Origin: Nemertoderma westbladi
Taxonomy: Eukaryota; Animalia; Xenacoelomorpha
Assembly: GCA_032718475.1 (NCBI GenBank)
Contig: JAUCBJ010001224.1
Span: 1-64,000 of the forward strand
Length of the DNA stretch: 64,000 nucleotides
Direction: 5' to 3'
Shown: piece by piece, positions 39,732 to 53,600 of the stretch
Numbering within the stretch: position 1 is the first letter of the stretch
Layout of the letters: each line of letters opens with the position of its first letter
Made by a program: the position numbers and the translations under genes
Notes under the pieces: model-generated
The model's database searches: none
What the model saw: only the letters and a program-made list of their open reading frames with translations
Told to the model about the DNA's origin: nothing

Positions 39732-41465
39732 TTACCTGGAATCATGGAACCGGAAGTCTCCTTACCTGGAATCATGGAACCGGAAGTCTCCTTACCTGGA
39801 ATCATGGAACCGGAAGTCTCCTTACCTGGAATCATGGAACCGGAAGTCTCCTTACCTGGAATCATGGAACCGGAAGTCTCCTTACCTGGAATCATGGAAC
39901 CGGAAGTCTCCTTACCTGGAATCATGGAACCGGAAGTCTCCTTACCTGGAATCATGGAACCGGAAGTCTCCTTACCTGGAATCATGGAACCGGAAGTCTC
40001 CTTACCTGGAATCATGGAACCGGAAGTCTCCTTACCTGGAATCATGGAACCGGAAGTCTCCTTACCTGGAATCATGGAACCGGAAGTCTCCTTACCTGGA
40101 ATCATGGAACCGGAAGTCTCCTTACCTGGAATCATGGAACCGGAAGTCTCCTTACCTGGAATCATGGAACCGGAAGTCTCCTTACCTGGAATCATGGAAC
40201 CGGAAGTCTCCTTACCTGGAATCATGGAACCGGAAGTCTCCTTACCTGGAATCATGGAACCGGAAGTCTCCTTACCTGGAATCATGGAACCGGAAGTCTC
40301 CTTACCTGGAATCATGGAACCGGAAGTCTCCTTACCTGGAATCATGGAACCGGAAGTCTCCTTACCTGGAATCATGGAACCGGAAGTCTCCTTACCTGGA
40401 ATCATGGAACCGGAAGTCTCCTTACCTGGAATCATGGAACCGGAAGTCTCCTTACCTGGAATCATGGAACCGGAAGTCTCCTTACCTGGAATCATGGAAC
40501 CGGAAGTCTCCTTACCTGGAATCATGGAACCGGAAGTCTCCTTACCTGGAATCATGGAACCGGAAGTCTCCTTACCTGGAATCATGGAACCGGAAGTCTC
40601 CTTACCTGGAATCATGGAACCGGAAGTCTCCTTACCTGGAATCATGGAACCGGAAGTCTCCTTACCTGGAATCATGGAACCGGAAGTCTCCTTACCTGGA
40701 ATCATGGAACCGGAAGTCTCCTTACCTGGAATCATGGAACCGGAAGTCTCCTTACCTGGAATCATGGAACCGGAAGTCTCCTTACCTGGAATCATGGAAC
40801 CGGAAGTCTCCTTACCTGGAATCATGGAACCGGAAGTCTCCTTACCTGGAATCATGGAACCGGAAGTCTCCTTACCTGGAATCATGGAACCGGAAGTCTC
40901 CTTACCTGGAATCATGGAACCGGAAGTCTCCTTACCTGGAATCATGGAACCGGAAGTCTCCTTACCTGGAATCATGGAACCGGAAGTCTCCTTACCTGGA
41001 ATCATGGAACCGGAAGTCTCCTTACCTGGAATCATGGAACCGGAAGTCTCCTTACCTGGAATCATGGAACCGGAAGTCTCCTTACCTGGAATCATGGAAC
41101 CGGAAGTCTCCTTACCTGGAATCATGGAACCGGAAGTCTCCTTACCTGGAATCATGGAACCGGAAGTCTCCTTACCTGGAATCATGGAACCGGAAGTCTC
41201 CTTACCTGGAATCATGGAACCGGAAGTCTCCTTACCTGGAATCATGGAACCGGAAGTCTCCTTACCTGGAATCATGGAACCGGAAGTCTCCTTACCTGGA
41301 ATCATGGAACCGGAAGTCTCCTTACCTGGAATCATGGAACCGGAAGTCTCCTTACCTGGAATCATGGAACCGGAAGTCTCCTTACCTGGAATCATGGAAC
41401 CGGAAGTCTCCTTACCTGGAATCATGGAACCGGAAGTCTCCTTACCTGGAATCATGGAACCGGAA
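39732..41465. repeat. Perfect 30-bp tandem array (~58 copies) derived from RTE RT sequence
   Basis: Unit ttacctggaatcatggaaccggaagtctcc versus ttacctgggatcatggatccggaagtc at ~36858-36884. Confidence 0.95.
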
Positions 41466-41610
41466 ATACCAGACAATTGGTTCCCGGACAAATCGATCCA
41501 AGAGATTTCAGTCCGGACAATTCTGTACCAAACTCTAAATTAATGGGACCGATTATCCGGTACCGATTTGTCCTTGGACCGAATTGTCCGGGACCAAATT
41601 GCCCGGTTCC
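41462..41610. mobile_element. Small MITE-like element with ggacaa sub-repeats in inverted arms
   Basis: gacaattggttcccggacaa on the left versus ttgtccgggaccaaattgcc on the right. Confidence 0.45.
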
Positions 41611-42965
41611 TGATTGAAACATAATACAGACCAAAAGCAATATATTATACAAATAAATTACAAATATTTAGCTGCTTAATTAGCATATATTATTAATATG
41701 TATAAATTCAAGAATAAATAACTATTAAATTAATAGCTTAATTTAATTTAGGCATTAGCAAGGCCATCGTAATACAAGGCCGGCTTACCCCCCGATCAGC
41801 TGACCAAAGAAGTCATACTATTGCATAAATAGTTTATATTACATAAATTGTTAGCTACCCACGTATTTAATTTTATATTCCGATATGAATATATATAATA
41901 TAATAGTCCGGCAGCCACAAAAAGTATACCGAAAATTTTTGGAAATATTCAGTTTTTTGATAATTTGAATTCTATAGGTCACTTAATGAGTAAATAGCAA
42001 TGATAACATTTTTGACTTTGGGCATTTTGAATAACGACTTAGTTCCTAAGGACCACGTAATTCTAATTTAAAGCATAGCAACTGCAAAACAGCATGTCAT
42101 AATGGATTGAAATCTTCTACAAAGTCAAGGATTCATTTACGAAAAAATGACAATCTTTTTGTCTGATGTTTAGATCCTGTTGCTATGGAGATGGCATCAA
42201 GTTTAGTGTTGCGATTTCAAACGCCTTTAATTATACCATTAAAATGTAGTTACAAAAAAATATGCACCAAAGTTAGGTAAATTATGATTATTTCATTAGC
42301 GGGGCTTTCCTGTAACTTTAGACAATGTTACGAATCGAAATTGGGCTAATGTTTATTTCCTAACCTAACAAGTTTGAGTGGTAACATTATTATTAAAGAT
42401 TACAATTTTCAGCTATTATAACATTTAGGTGATGTTTCTACTAGTCTACCTGCCAACTCCCGAAAATTAATTTTTTAATGCATTTTTTGTTAATGGTTGG
42501 CATCCACCTGATTTTTGTACTTCAAGACATGGCGAATCCATGTCATGGACCTGGCGAAGACAGGCGAATGCCACCTCTGCATTTTTGATTTAATGCCTTA
42601 TTTTTTGCTTCAACGTTTTTTTGCTCAAAAATGGGTTTTTTCGATTTTAGGATACAAGTTCATGGTGAATGTTAGTGAATCTCGTCTCTTAACCAGTGTA
42701 TAAATTGAAAGTTAATCAAAATGCATCAATGTTGTCCTGAAACTGTTACAAACACTTTGGTAAAGAAGAAAATTTCCGAAATTCCCTTGCAGTCCGCTAA
42801 CCTGGCCCTAGTAAACGCCTTAGCAACAGATTTATGAAATTTTAGTCATTCATTTAGTCTCTCCTTTCCTTTTCTTGAGAAAATCAACAAACAGTTTTAA
42901 AAATTAGAAATCCCGCTCAAAAATGGGTTTTTTCGATTTTAGGATACAGGTTCATGGTGAATGTT

Positions 42966-43335
42966 TATTTTATTTATTTATTTATTCCTTTATTTCAAAC
43001 CAAACAAGGTTCATAGTAAAAACAATACACCGATCAGACAATATAGTTTACACGATACAGTACTAAATTATGAAAATGAATATTTAATAGCACAATATTT
43101 AGATATTAATCGTAAAGTAGGGACAGGTCATTCATGGCCCTAATTCTAGATTCTGTGCAACATGTGCGAATCACATTAATAATGCTATTGGTACTGGTAT
43201 CCAAGCGCCGTGATAGGCTCTCAATAGCATTGGCTCTAATATGTACAAAGGATGGTAATCCAAGTAAGCTGCAGGTTAGCGACATACTTGTGGGAGTTGT
43301 GTCGTTTGCCATTCTCGGAATTTTAAAAAGCATTC
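42966..43335 (-). mobile_element. Short 3' LINE fragment with (TAAA)n tail and 7-bp TSD, inside a ~295-bp tandem duplication
   Basis: GAATGTT at 42959-42965 and 43336-43342; the uninterrupted site ggtgaatgttagtgaatc is present in the neighbouring copy at ~42664. Confidence 0.75.
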
Positions 43336-43589
43336 GAATGTTAGTGAATCTCGTCTCTTAACCAGTGTATAAATTGAAAGTTAATCAAAATGCATCAATG
43401 TTGTCCTGAAACTGTTACAAACACTTTGGTAAAGAAGAAAATTTCCGAAATTCCCTTGCAGTCCGCTAACCTGGCCCTAGTAAACGCCTTAGCAACAGAT
43501 TTATGAAATTTTCATCATTAATTTCTCTGTCTCTCCTTTCCTTTTCCTGAGAAAATCAACAAACAGTTTTAAAAATTAGAAATCCCATC

Positions 43590-44671
43590 ACACAACATAG
43601 ATTCATCATCGGGATCAGTTGGTAAGTTCGTCTCCGTGGGTTGTACACAAACCATGGTGTCGACCTTCTCGTGTCGCGGATCTCGGTTCGCGTCTTCCTC
43701 GGAAGATTCTCCTCTATCTCAATAACTCGCTGCAATGGCTCATCGATTATCGTGGACTCGGTCGGATCTTCATCGGGATGATGAACGGTAGGCGTGCACG
43801 CCTTCCATGATCTTGCCGGGTCCTTAATCTCTGTGTGGCATTCCCCATCATAGGGTACTAACGTTAACATTGTGGGTCTGTCAACAAGACTTCCAGCGTG
43901 GGTGAGATAAGCGTCGCGAAAAACGCTGAATCCCGAGCGCGTGAAAACATCACAGTGAACGTTGGTGTTGTAGAATGGTTGAAGGAATCAGCGAAATACT
44001 TCCGTATGTGTCCTCCCTCCCTCGTAGACTGTATGTCCCTCTCCGAGACATAACGGGTGTCGCTTTAGATTCCTAGACACTATATTGGCAATGAAACATA
44101 CGTTGACCGATGTCTCTATAGCCAAGTAGTATTGTAGGATTATCCGTGGAGGTGAGGTAATCACCCAGTATACGCACCCTGTCCATTTCAACTGCAATTC
44201 GAACTCGTTGACGTTAGGGGTATCACCTTCTCCGTATACATCCGTTTATTTGCTCCTCTTACTCTCCTTGTAATCCCAACTAAACCTTAGATAAGAAATA
44301 TATCCAGCTCCAGTTTTGAGGGTATTATACTCCCTGAAATATCCTTGCTCTATGGCCCAGAGCAACAATGGTCTGGTGTCCACGTAAGGCATAGGCAATC
44401 GGACCTCCTCCTCAGGCATCCCGGCAAAATCACTAATGAGATCGTCCCGTATACTGGATCCAATCTTTATGATACTCTTATCGAGTACGACGTCGCGCAC
44501 CGCCTTAGGTAACATCGTAGCATCTATGTTACAAGCTAGGTCCATAGACTTTACTGTCCACTTAACCATGGCGTGTCATCGAGTCGTCTCCTCCGGCATC
44601 GGCATCTTACGGTCGCTCCGCTGTCGGCTGAAGACGTACAGCACTCCATCTGGCGCTCGAATTTGAATGGT
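43590..44671 (-). pseudogene. Diverged homolog of the LTR-borne DEDDy exonuclease ORF, fused to a truncated BEL integrase
   Basis: One frame with stops: TIQIRAPDGVLYVFSRQRSD...IDATMLPKAVRDVVLDKSIIKIGSSIRDDL...PYVDT...WDYK...VYGE...HPLCLG...EVFR*FL...SGFSVFRD; colinear with the 11870-12760 translation. Confidence 0.8.
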
Positions 44672-47600
44672 TTATGAAGTGAGGCTCTGCTGATGGCTCC
44701 CTCCTTCAATATGAACTGCTCTACTGGCCATGCACGTAAAGATCAGTCCCCAATGTTTCACCTGTACGCATCCACGTTTTGCGTTTATAGGTCCAAAACA
44801 TTCAATCCCCGTCTCGGTAAATGGGGGTCTAAACGCCTGTAGTCTAGCTAATGGTAGTTCACTCATTTCCTCGCGGCGTCCTATCCTTGCATGTACCTTC
44901 TTACAGATAATACAGTTGCCCGTTACTGAACTTAATGCCTTACTAGGTCTAATCAATACAAACCTCGAGCGTAAGTGTGATAAACAGTGATTTCTACCTA
45001 TGTGTTTGAGTTGTACATGTGTGTCCAGTATCATAGTGCGCTGTAACTCATGGTGTTGCGGTATGATGATAGGGAACCTAAAGTCAATAGCAAAGTCAAT
45101 GTTTTGGAGACTAGACTTTTGACAAAGTAAGCCCTTGTATATTATTGGACTCCAACTCAGTATCGGTGAAGATTATCTGTTTACCTTGATTGATTGCTGT
45201 GAACTCTCGTGCAAAATATCGCATTTGATTAGGTCTAATAATATCAATTTCACAGCTATCAATTTCGGCCAAGGTTACTCTACGTGGAAAGTCGCGTTTG
45301 TCATATTGTCTCAAACGTTTGAGCCCTGCCAACTTGCGGCAAGCATCCGTCCATGATCATGTCAAGTTGACTATCCAGTCGACGTGAGTGTTAGTGACGT
45401 CATCAAGTAAGGTATAAGAATGGTATTGATTCTTGTTTGGACTTGGTAGGCCTGCAGGCCTTCCGGTGAGTGTCTCCCTTTGTGCAATGGGTTTGTCTAA
45501 GTCCTCAAGTACCTTGGACTCCACGGTCTTACCTTTACCATCAGCACTCGATGGGTTGACCTGTAATAGTGGTTTCGACTAACTTTAGTCACATGTTTAG
45601 CCTTAGGTTGTAAGTCGGGCATTTTCCTTGAGCGAAGTGTGATACCTGTATTTACATTTTGATGAGCACGACCCATATTTGCAATACCCGTAGCCATTGT
45701 CCTGTCCACCATTGTCATGGTGACTCAAGGAAGTCAAAGTAGGTAAGTTGGTAATACCTAAGTGGTCAATACTAGTCCACTCCAATGGGGTAATAGCAGC
45801 GTTATAGTATATGTCGTCACATTCTGGTAGAATGTCTGGTGAATGGTCTGGCGAACAGTCTGGTGAGATGTCTGGTGAACAGTATTGTGAGATGTCTGGT
45901 GAAACATGACCAGGGAAATTTTCAGTTGTGCATCCGGTATAAAGTCTGGTGTAATGTCTGGCAGAATGTCTGGTCTAAATTCTGGTTGTCAGTCTGTCAA
46001 GATGTCTGGTGGAAAGTCAGGTTGACAGTCTGGTGTGTTGTCTGGTCGAAAATCTGGTAATAAATCCAGCGAAATGTCTGGTGGAAAATCTGATGAGATG
46101 TCCAGTAGACAATCTGTTAAATGGTCCACAAAGCAATCTGGCAAAAAATCCGGAGAATAATCTGGTGGACAGTCTGGCAAACAATCTGGCGAAATGTCTG
46201 GTGAACAATCTGACAAAACGTCTGGTGAAATCCCCCGTGGAACATCCGGCAAAAGATTCATTGGAACGTCTGGTAGAATGTCTGCAAGATTTCTGGCGCA
46301 ATGTCTGGTGGAGTGTCCAGGTTATTAGTCTTAACTCGTACTTGTTTCCTTTTGACCTTGGTGCTGGCCTTTGCTTTCAACTTGACCACAGTATCGATTT
46401 TGATCTTGGCACCTTCTGGTATGGTGTTCGATGTTGCATAGAATAGCGGCGGCCATTCGTCTGATGGTCGTTGTAGGAAGTCGGGTCCTTTAAACCAGAA
46501 AGACTTATTGTCCGGTTTACAAAAGTCTATGGGTAACATTCCCTGTGACGCGATGTAAGCTGGGTTCAGTTTCCCTGGGCAGTGACGCCAGTCCTGTTTG
46601 AGCGACCTGACTAGTATTTCAGCCCGTGTAGTACCAAATTACCAACGTGGCGTCGGTCCAATATGTGACTTTCAAATCGGCCTCTTACTCGTGCTGGACT
46701 AGACTTACGATGTCGGTAGATATCGTCCCAGATTGAAGCGCTCCCCGAGGCACTGTCATGTACTTCAAAGGCATTGTCTTAGCCCTTGAGGTGACGAAAG
46801 ATACCTGGTAACTGTCAGATGTCACTTGTCTACGTAGGTATAAAGTAACCCCCAGCCCATCCTTGCTAGCATCACTGAAGCTATGAAGCTCCAGATCTGC
46901 AGGAAAGGTGGCCTGTAAGGGAAAGTATACCCTCGGGATGGTATAGTCTTGTAGGAGCGTCAGCTGTGCCTCCCAGTCCCTCCACTGCTCGGCTAGCTTT
47001 TCTGGAATAGGGTCATCCCACTCCAATCCGGTCTGCCAAATTCTGCGGAGTATGATCTTTGCGTGTAGGATCACTGGACTTATAAAGCACAGCAGGTCGT
47101 ACAAATGACTCATGGTCTATAAGCAGGTCCTCTTTGTGAGAGGTCTTGTCTGGTCATTGGTTCTTACGTGCACCCTAAAATTGTCGGTATTTGGGTCCCA
47201 ACTGAGTCCTAGGACTTTGGTTGTAGGCAGAGGTTCTAGGTCTAGATCTAGGTCACCCCCACTACGGTCAGCAGAGTCAAATAAATTCACTAGGTCGGAA
47301 TTATTGGAAGCGAATTTGGTGAGGTGAAAGCCGCCCTCGGCGAGACAGTTCTGGAGTTGGTGTGCCATGGTTGTAGCACGTTTCAGAGTGTCGCAGCTCT
47401 TGAGGCCGTCATCCACGTAGAAATCCAGCTCCCCTGTCCGAACCACGTCTGGGTCTAATTTGTCGCATCGGTCTAAAGCTGTCTGATTTAGGCCTTTATG
47501 GTACAGTTGGGGCTGTCCCGGGCCCTGAAAACTCTTACCTGTATTTGGTAGGTTTCTGGCGGAAGGTTCAAATTTCCGTTTGGGTACAAAAGGAACCTCA

Positions 47601-50330
47601 AACTGTCCTTGTCCCACTCCAAAGCCTTAACCTGGTGAAACATGGCCTCTGTATCACAGGTGAAGGCCACCTTGCATTGTCTGAAATGCATCAGGACTCC
47701 CATGAGGTAATTGTTCATAATTGGCCCGTCCATCAGTTTGCTGTTCATGGACATCCCCTGGTAAAGCTGGTAAATCCCCTAGGCTTGCAAGCCTTCCAAG
47801 ATCTTCATTCGTTGAACCTTTGGTTCAACGAATGCGAAATTCATTGGTGAACCCTTTGGTCTTCATTAGTCGATCCAACCTGTTCCGCTGCAAGTAGCTG
47901 TGAGTTAGAGGTCTGTGTGGTCTCATCTAAGTCAGTCGCATTGTTGTCTATAGCGACGCAAGTCTGTCATTGTGCTGACTGTACAGTAGGACCACAGGAA
48001 TGTGAAGGAGAATTTGCTAACGTAGTAGTTAACAGACTACACGTACTCAAGACGTCGTCCTCCTGGTCACTTACCTCTAATGAACGCACAGGCACTCTTG
48101 TATACCAACTACTGGGAGTTCTACAAGCATAAGGGTTGCCCGCTGTTACTACAGATGGGCATGTCTCCCATGCTTGATGCAAGTTGAACTGGTCTGTACC
48201 AATCAACATTGCTATTGAGCGATAGTTAACTGGACATTCCGGTATTCCAAGATGTCGGAAATACTTACAGTCTTCCGGAGATTGCTCTGGCACAGGACCA
48301 AGTAAATTACTAAAGTCCATAGTGGCCGCGAACGTAAGGTTTTTTACTGGAAGTAATGAGCGTTCCTCTCTAATATGTATGCTCTGCTTTGGAAAGAAGG
48401 GTATCCAGGATCAACTTGACCCTCGTAAAGGGTATCGCCCTCTTACCATGCATGCTGCTTACAGTATACTGAGCAGTCTTACCTTGGCTCATGTCAGTGA
48501 CTACATCGGCCACCTGCTCATCAACGTAGCAGTATGAAGACGCAGAGTCCAAGATAGCATATATACTTTCAACTGGTTCTGCGTAAGGAGAGTTATAGAT
48601 GGCTGTTCCTCTTTCCCCGCATGCACGTAGAAGGTTTTGTCCTCCGAGTTGTCCTCATCCGATGATACTAACTGATCTACGTAGTCCACATAGAAGGTAC
48701 GGACTTCTCACGGCACACGTTCCTTGTAAAGTGCATCACATTTTGCCGCTTTATCGGGATACTCGCGTCGAAAATGATTAGTCCGAGTGTGGCTAGTCGT
48801 GTGGAGCAATGCGTCATGGTTGCGTCCGCACAGAGGACAAGTGCCGTCTCCCGGAGAGTCCTTCCGGACATGCCCAGGCATGGTACATCTCCAATAAGAA
48901 TCCAATGGACGGATCTGGAGTCTTCTCTCCTCCACTCCCAGATCATTAAAAACGCGACATCCGCGTAACGCCAATCGTAGAAGATCAATGGGTTTCGAAA
49001 TAGGTCTGCCTCTACAATGGTCTTCTATAATAAATTTGGCCATTGCTACGTTACTGCCGTATATGGAAAATAGACGGTCGTACACTAGCTCAAATGCATC
49101 TGGAACACCAATAAAGGTTTCTGCCAACCTCTTTGGCTCACTCGATAACACCTGAAGCAGGTAGTTAAACTTCTCTGTCGAGGTGAAGGCACACATAGCA
49201 ATCTGGGATTCTACGTAGTCTACCAGAGTACGCCAGTGTTTTGCGTTGCCAGAGAACTTTGGCGGTTGTTGTCTGGCAGCAAATTTAGAGATCTCGTTAA
49301 CTACATCTAACTGTCTGCGTCCTTGTCCAGCAATAGCGTTCAGTCCATCTTGTCCGTATGTCGTTTGTCGATACAGGTCATAGTTGGCAGGATTTTCTCC
49401 TTGAGGATTCGGGTCTGCTGTGCCTCCGGCTCTTGATAGGGTGGTCGCTGTGGTTGAGGTTGAGGTTGTTCTAACTCCGTGCTGGCTCGCGATCTATTTG
49501 ACGGCTGCGCTTCTAGAAAATCCTCGAGCTGAGCCAACTGGTCCGCCATCTCAGTGAACTGTCTGGCACTAATCACCTCTGCCTGCCGTGGCATAGGGTT
49601 TTGTACAGGTGTTTCTCATGGAGGATTGTCAATATACGAATTTGTCAATCTCTCCTCCCGCTTGTAATCACCTGCCGCTCCAGTACGGAATATTTCCTGT
49701 TCCGTTGACTCCGTATCACTAGATGAATCCGCTGTCGTCGGGATACGGTGTTTGGTGGGTTTGCAATCGGCGTATTACTCTAGTTGGCCGAGTTCGTTGC
49801 GGTTGGGAATCTACAGTCCTTCGTCGTTCGGTAGGCTCACAAGCCTTCCATCAAGTTGTAGGTCTCGGTAAACTCGGTTCGAATTGGTGGGTACTACCCA
49901 CATCTACAGTTCTCCGTCATTTGGTAGGCTCGCAATCCTTCCACAAAGTCGTAGGTCTCGATACACATTGAGTGAGTGGTCTAGTAAAGATGTCGGATTT
50001 AGGAGTCACTGTTGGTCTATAAGTAACAGGGTTCGCACAGCATGTCACAGGTTTAAATTGAAAGAGTTTACTCACCTGTTTCACTGTCATAAATACAGGT
50101 TCGTCTCTTCTTACAAGTAAACTACGGCTTACTGTAGGTGGACTACTGACCTTACCTGCAAGAATCGATGATAAAGTCGCTCGTGGCTGCGGAACTGACA
50201 CCGGTATAACAAACCTGTTATTTTGGGTAGCATGTATAGGTGATATCTCTTTTGGTTTCGCAACTACGATTGGTTTCACTGGAGTCGTTTGTTCATAGGA
50301 ACAACTTGGGGGAATCGTCGACAATATTCT
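44672..50330 (-). mobile_element. Decayed BEL/Pao gag-pol
   Basis: PPKFSGN...EKFNYL (gag), zinc knuckles, LDSASS protease, CDTEAMFHQV and FYVDD (RT), LHSFSDAS (RNase H), WRHCPG.LNPA, integrase H-H-C-C and PPFTETG...FTCMASRAVHIE. Confidence 0.92.
45820..46320. repeat. Degenerate 12-bp minisatellite inside the BEL pol
   Basis: Repeating (t)gtctggtgaaa-like unit. Confidence 0.8.
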
Positions 50331-50668
50331 TCGACAAACTCATCTCCTCGATCCATCGCTCCCACACTTCCTTCCTCGATTCGCTTCTGGATCCCACGTG
50401 GTGTGTATTTCGTATTAGTATATTATTGACTCTGTAGGATATACATTATTGACTCTACTAGTTATTGGCATTTCCCTGATTTACACACCCCTGGCATTAG
50501 TTTGTATACTTGCTTTGGTGTTACACAGCTGTATTGCTTTTCATGTTGCCTATATTGTAGGTGAAGGTTGTTTGTGATATTCTATCCATTATTATACATT
50601 GAGATACTTTTAGTTTTTACATATTTTTCTTTATTGCATTTGGAGACCATCAGGGGTCCATTACATTT

Positions 50669-50678
50669 TGGCGCCCGA
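50669..50678 (+). promoter_or_regulatory. Primer-binding site, tRNA-Lys(UUU)-like
   Basis: TGGCGCCCGA three nt after the LTR end ...TTACA (50665); matches the first 10 nt of the canonical Lys3 PBS. Confidence 0.7.
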
Positions 50679-53600
50679 TAAAAATATCATTTATCGTCAT
50701 TTTATTACAATATTTCTATTATATTTCTATATTAATATTTTTATTACTATATTTACAATTACATAACATTATATTTACAATGTTTTATATGTGTGATTCC
50801 TACCATATACCTACATTAACTTGATTTCATGTTCCTGTTCCATTTATACACCATATGTTGGTAATAAAGTTTTAGTTTCATTACAATATTTCGTATACAT
50901 TACTTCTGGTTACATTTATCTAACTTACTCGTACATCAAGACCGTTGCTCGTTATCTCTGACACTGGTGATGAAAACGGTCAAGACCCAGATGAGGAGGC
51001 GATTCTAGCAAGGCTCTTCAACTCAAGGAAAGGAATTCGTCGCACATCGACCCTGGTTGTCAACTCATTACCCAACATCGAGAGAATTAACGTTTTAGAT
51101 GAAGCCATTAAAAGGAGCAAAATTAAGACTCTACAATCATACAGAGATCGCCTGGGATCTCTCAATGAGGATCTATTGTGCCGCTCTTCCGAACACTACA
51201 TCAACTCCGACACCCCGAAAGCTGTCGAATACGAGGTAAAACTTTCAGATACTATATCTCATTTGATTTGGAATTGTCTTTGCAGCCCCATACTTTACCG
51301 GTTCAACACGCTTATAATGTATCTACTGTAGGCGTAGGCAATAATAATTTGTCAGTTGGTAATCAATCATCGACTACCAGTCGTTTAGAAACTATTTTGC
51401 TCGTTCAGTTCTACCAAAATTAAAACCACCAACTTTCGATGGCAATCCGTTAGAGTTTAATGGATGGCATGATGCCTTTATATCTGCCGTCCATGACTCA
51501 GGTCTACCTGAAGTATTACAATTTCAACATTTAAAACAAAGCCTTAGTGGTGCGGCTGAAACCCATATAAAGGGTCTACCTATTTCTCCCGAGAATTATT
51601 GTACTGCATTAGAAATGTTAAAAAAGGAATTTGGAAATAAAAATCGTATTATTAGGTGTCACATTGAAGAGTTACGTAATATTACTTCAAAACTAAGCAG
51701 CACGCCTTCATTAAGGAAATTTTATGATACTTGCAATACAAACATTCTAGCCTTAACCGCGCTAGGTAAAATTCCTGACCAATACCAGCTAATGGTTGTC
51801 CCTGACATACTGAGAGCATTACCTAGAGAATTGACAAAGAGACTTTTTAAGAAAGCAAGCAGGGAGAAGACCTAAATTGGCTCATGACCGAATTGAAAAA
51901 CGAACTGGACATTGAGGACGCACTTGATGACTTAAGTAAGGTTAGTTTTAGCAGCAATGATAAATTTATTAAACAACATTACAAGCCACAACACCCTACA
52001 GCGTCCAATTTTGTAATCCAAGCAGGTAAGTCATCATTTATCCAGAGGGGACGCACTTAATCAGTCTATCATATAGTTTTGTCTGGTTTAGGGCCATCAA
52101 AATCATCAGCAAGAGGTCACTCATCCACTGCATCACATATTGCATCATCATATACACCAAAATGTGTTTTCTGTAACCAACACCATTTTTCGGCAAACTG
52201 TCATATTGCCATCAATGTCGCTGAACGTAGGAAAGTTCTTGTCAGTCACAAATTATGTTTCATCTGCTTAGGATCCGGTCATGAAGCAAGAAGTTGTCAC
52301 CGAAATCGCACATGTTACCATTGTAAGTCACAATATCACCATACTGCCATTTGCTATAGTCTTTCAACCCCTTCACAAGCAATGCTGTTTTTCTAGAGAA
52401 GTAGCACCTGGTATTGAATCATTCCAAAGCATGACATGGCCTTGAACGAGTCTAGTTCATCTCACACAATGACAAAACCTGTTCTTCATGTAGAATCATC
52501 AGAAACTACACTGTGACAAACAGCAGTTATACAATGTCAGTCAAACAATGACACTACCATTACCCTCAATTCATTATTTGATTGTGGAAGTCAGGAAACG
52601 TTCATCACTCGTCATTATGCCGAACGCAACAATCAACTTGAGTTCATCAAATCCAGGAGACAGATTCGCTGTCGATGTGCTGATTGGCGCAGATCAGTAC
52701 TGGAATTTCGTAAGTGGAACCATCATTCGTTCAACCAACTCTAGCTTTGAAAGCCATTGATAGTGGGTTCGGTTTTCTTTTGTCAGGTAAACTGACATCT
52801 AGTAAGAATTCATCACCCAACTCATTCCTTAGTAATGCTGGATGTAATAGTCTTTTTATTCAGTACAAATGATGATGAGTCATTAAATGACATTCTAAAA
52901 GCAGTCTGGTCCATTGAGAGTGCATGTATCTTTGAACGTGACAATATTGATCTAGAGAATTCTGTATTAAAGGAAATATGCATAGTTAACAATTTTTACA
53001 CTGTTTCGCTGGAAAATCGATGGAAAATCAACTAAAATATAGAACTATATAACTAAACCCAAATATCCTAAGCAATGATTTCCAACATTGTCAACAAAGT
53101 CTATCAGCATTGTTAAAGCGCCTTTCAAAAACGGGTATTCTTGATCGGTATGATGCGGTATTAAAGGACCATTTTGACAGAATTTGACAAGGAATTTACT
53201 CAAAATAATAGCATTGAATCATTAGTGTCATCATCATTATCCAGCATGTTAGCAAACATAATCGAAGATCCTGATTCAATTGCTAAATCATCACTTGGAT
53301 TAACAACAAACGACTCAGACATCACTTCATCGACATCTAGAGTGCTAGGACAATTGTGGGACATGAAATATGATAGACTTGACTATGACTTTACTGTTGT
53401 GTATGATTTACTACAAAACATCAAACCCACAAAACGCAGCATCCTTATGTTATATGCTCGCCTATTTGACCCATTAGGAATATTAGCACCATTTACTGGA
53501 CCAATAAAGGAGCTATTTCAAACACTTTGCCAGGATGCCCAACCATGGATACTCCATTAAATTCAGATTTCCTCTCATTGTGGCACAAATTGGTACAAAT

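Noticed and set aside
39635-41617. 587-660 aa repeat ORFs; superficially CRISPR-like array
   Set aside because: Identical 30-mers with no spacers, derived from a LINE; eukaryotic context and no cas genes.
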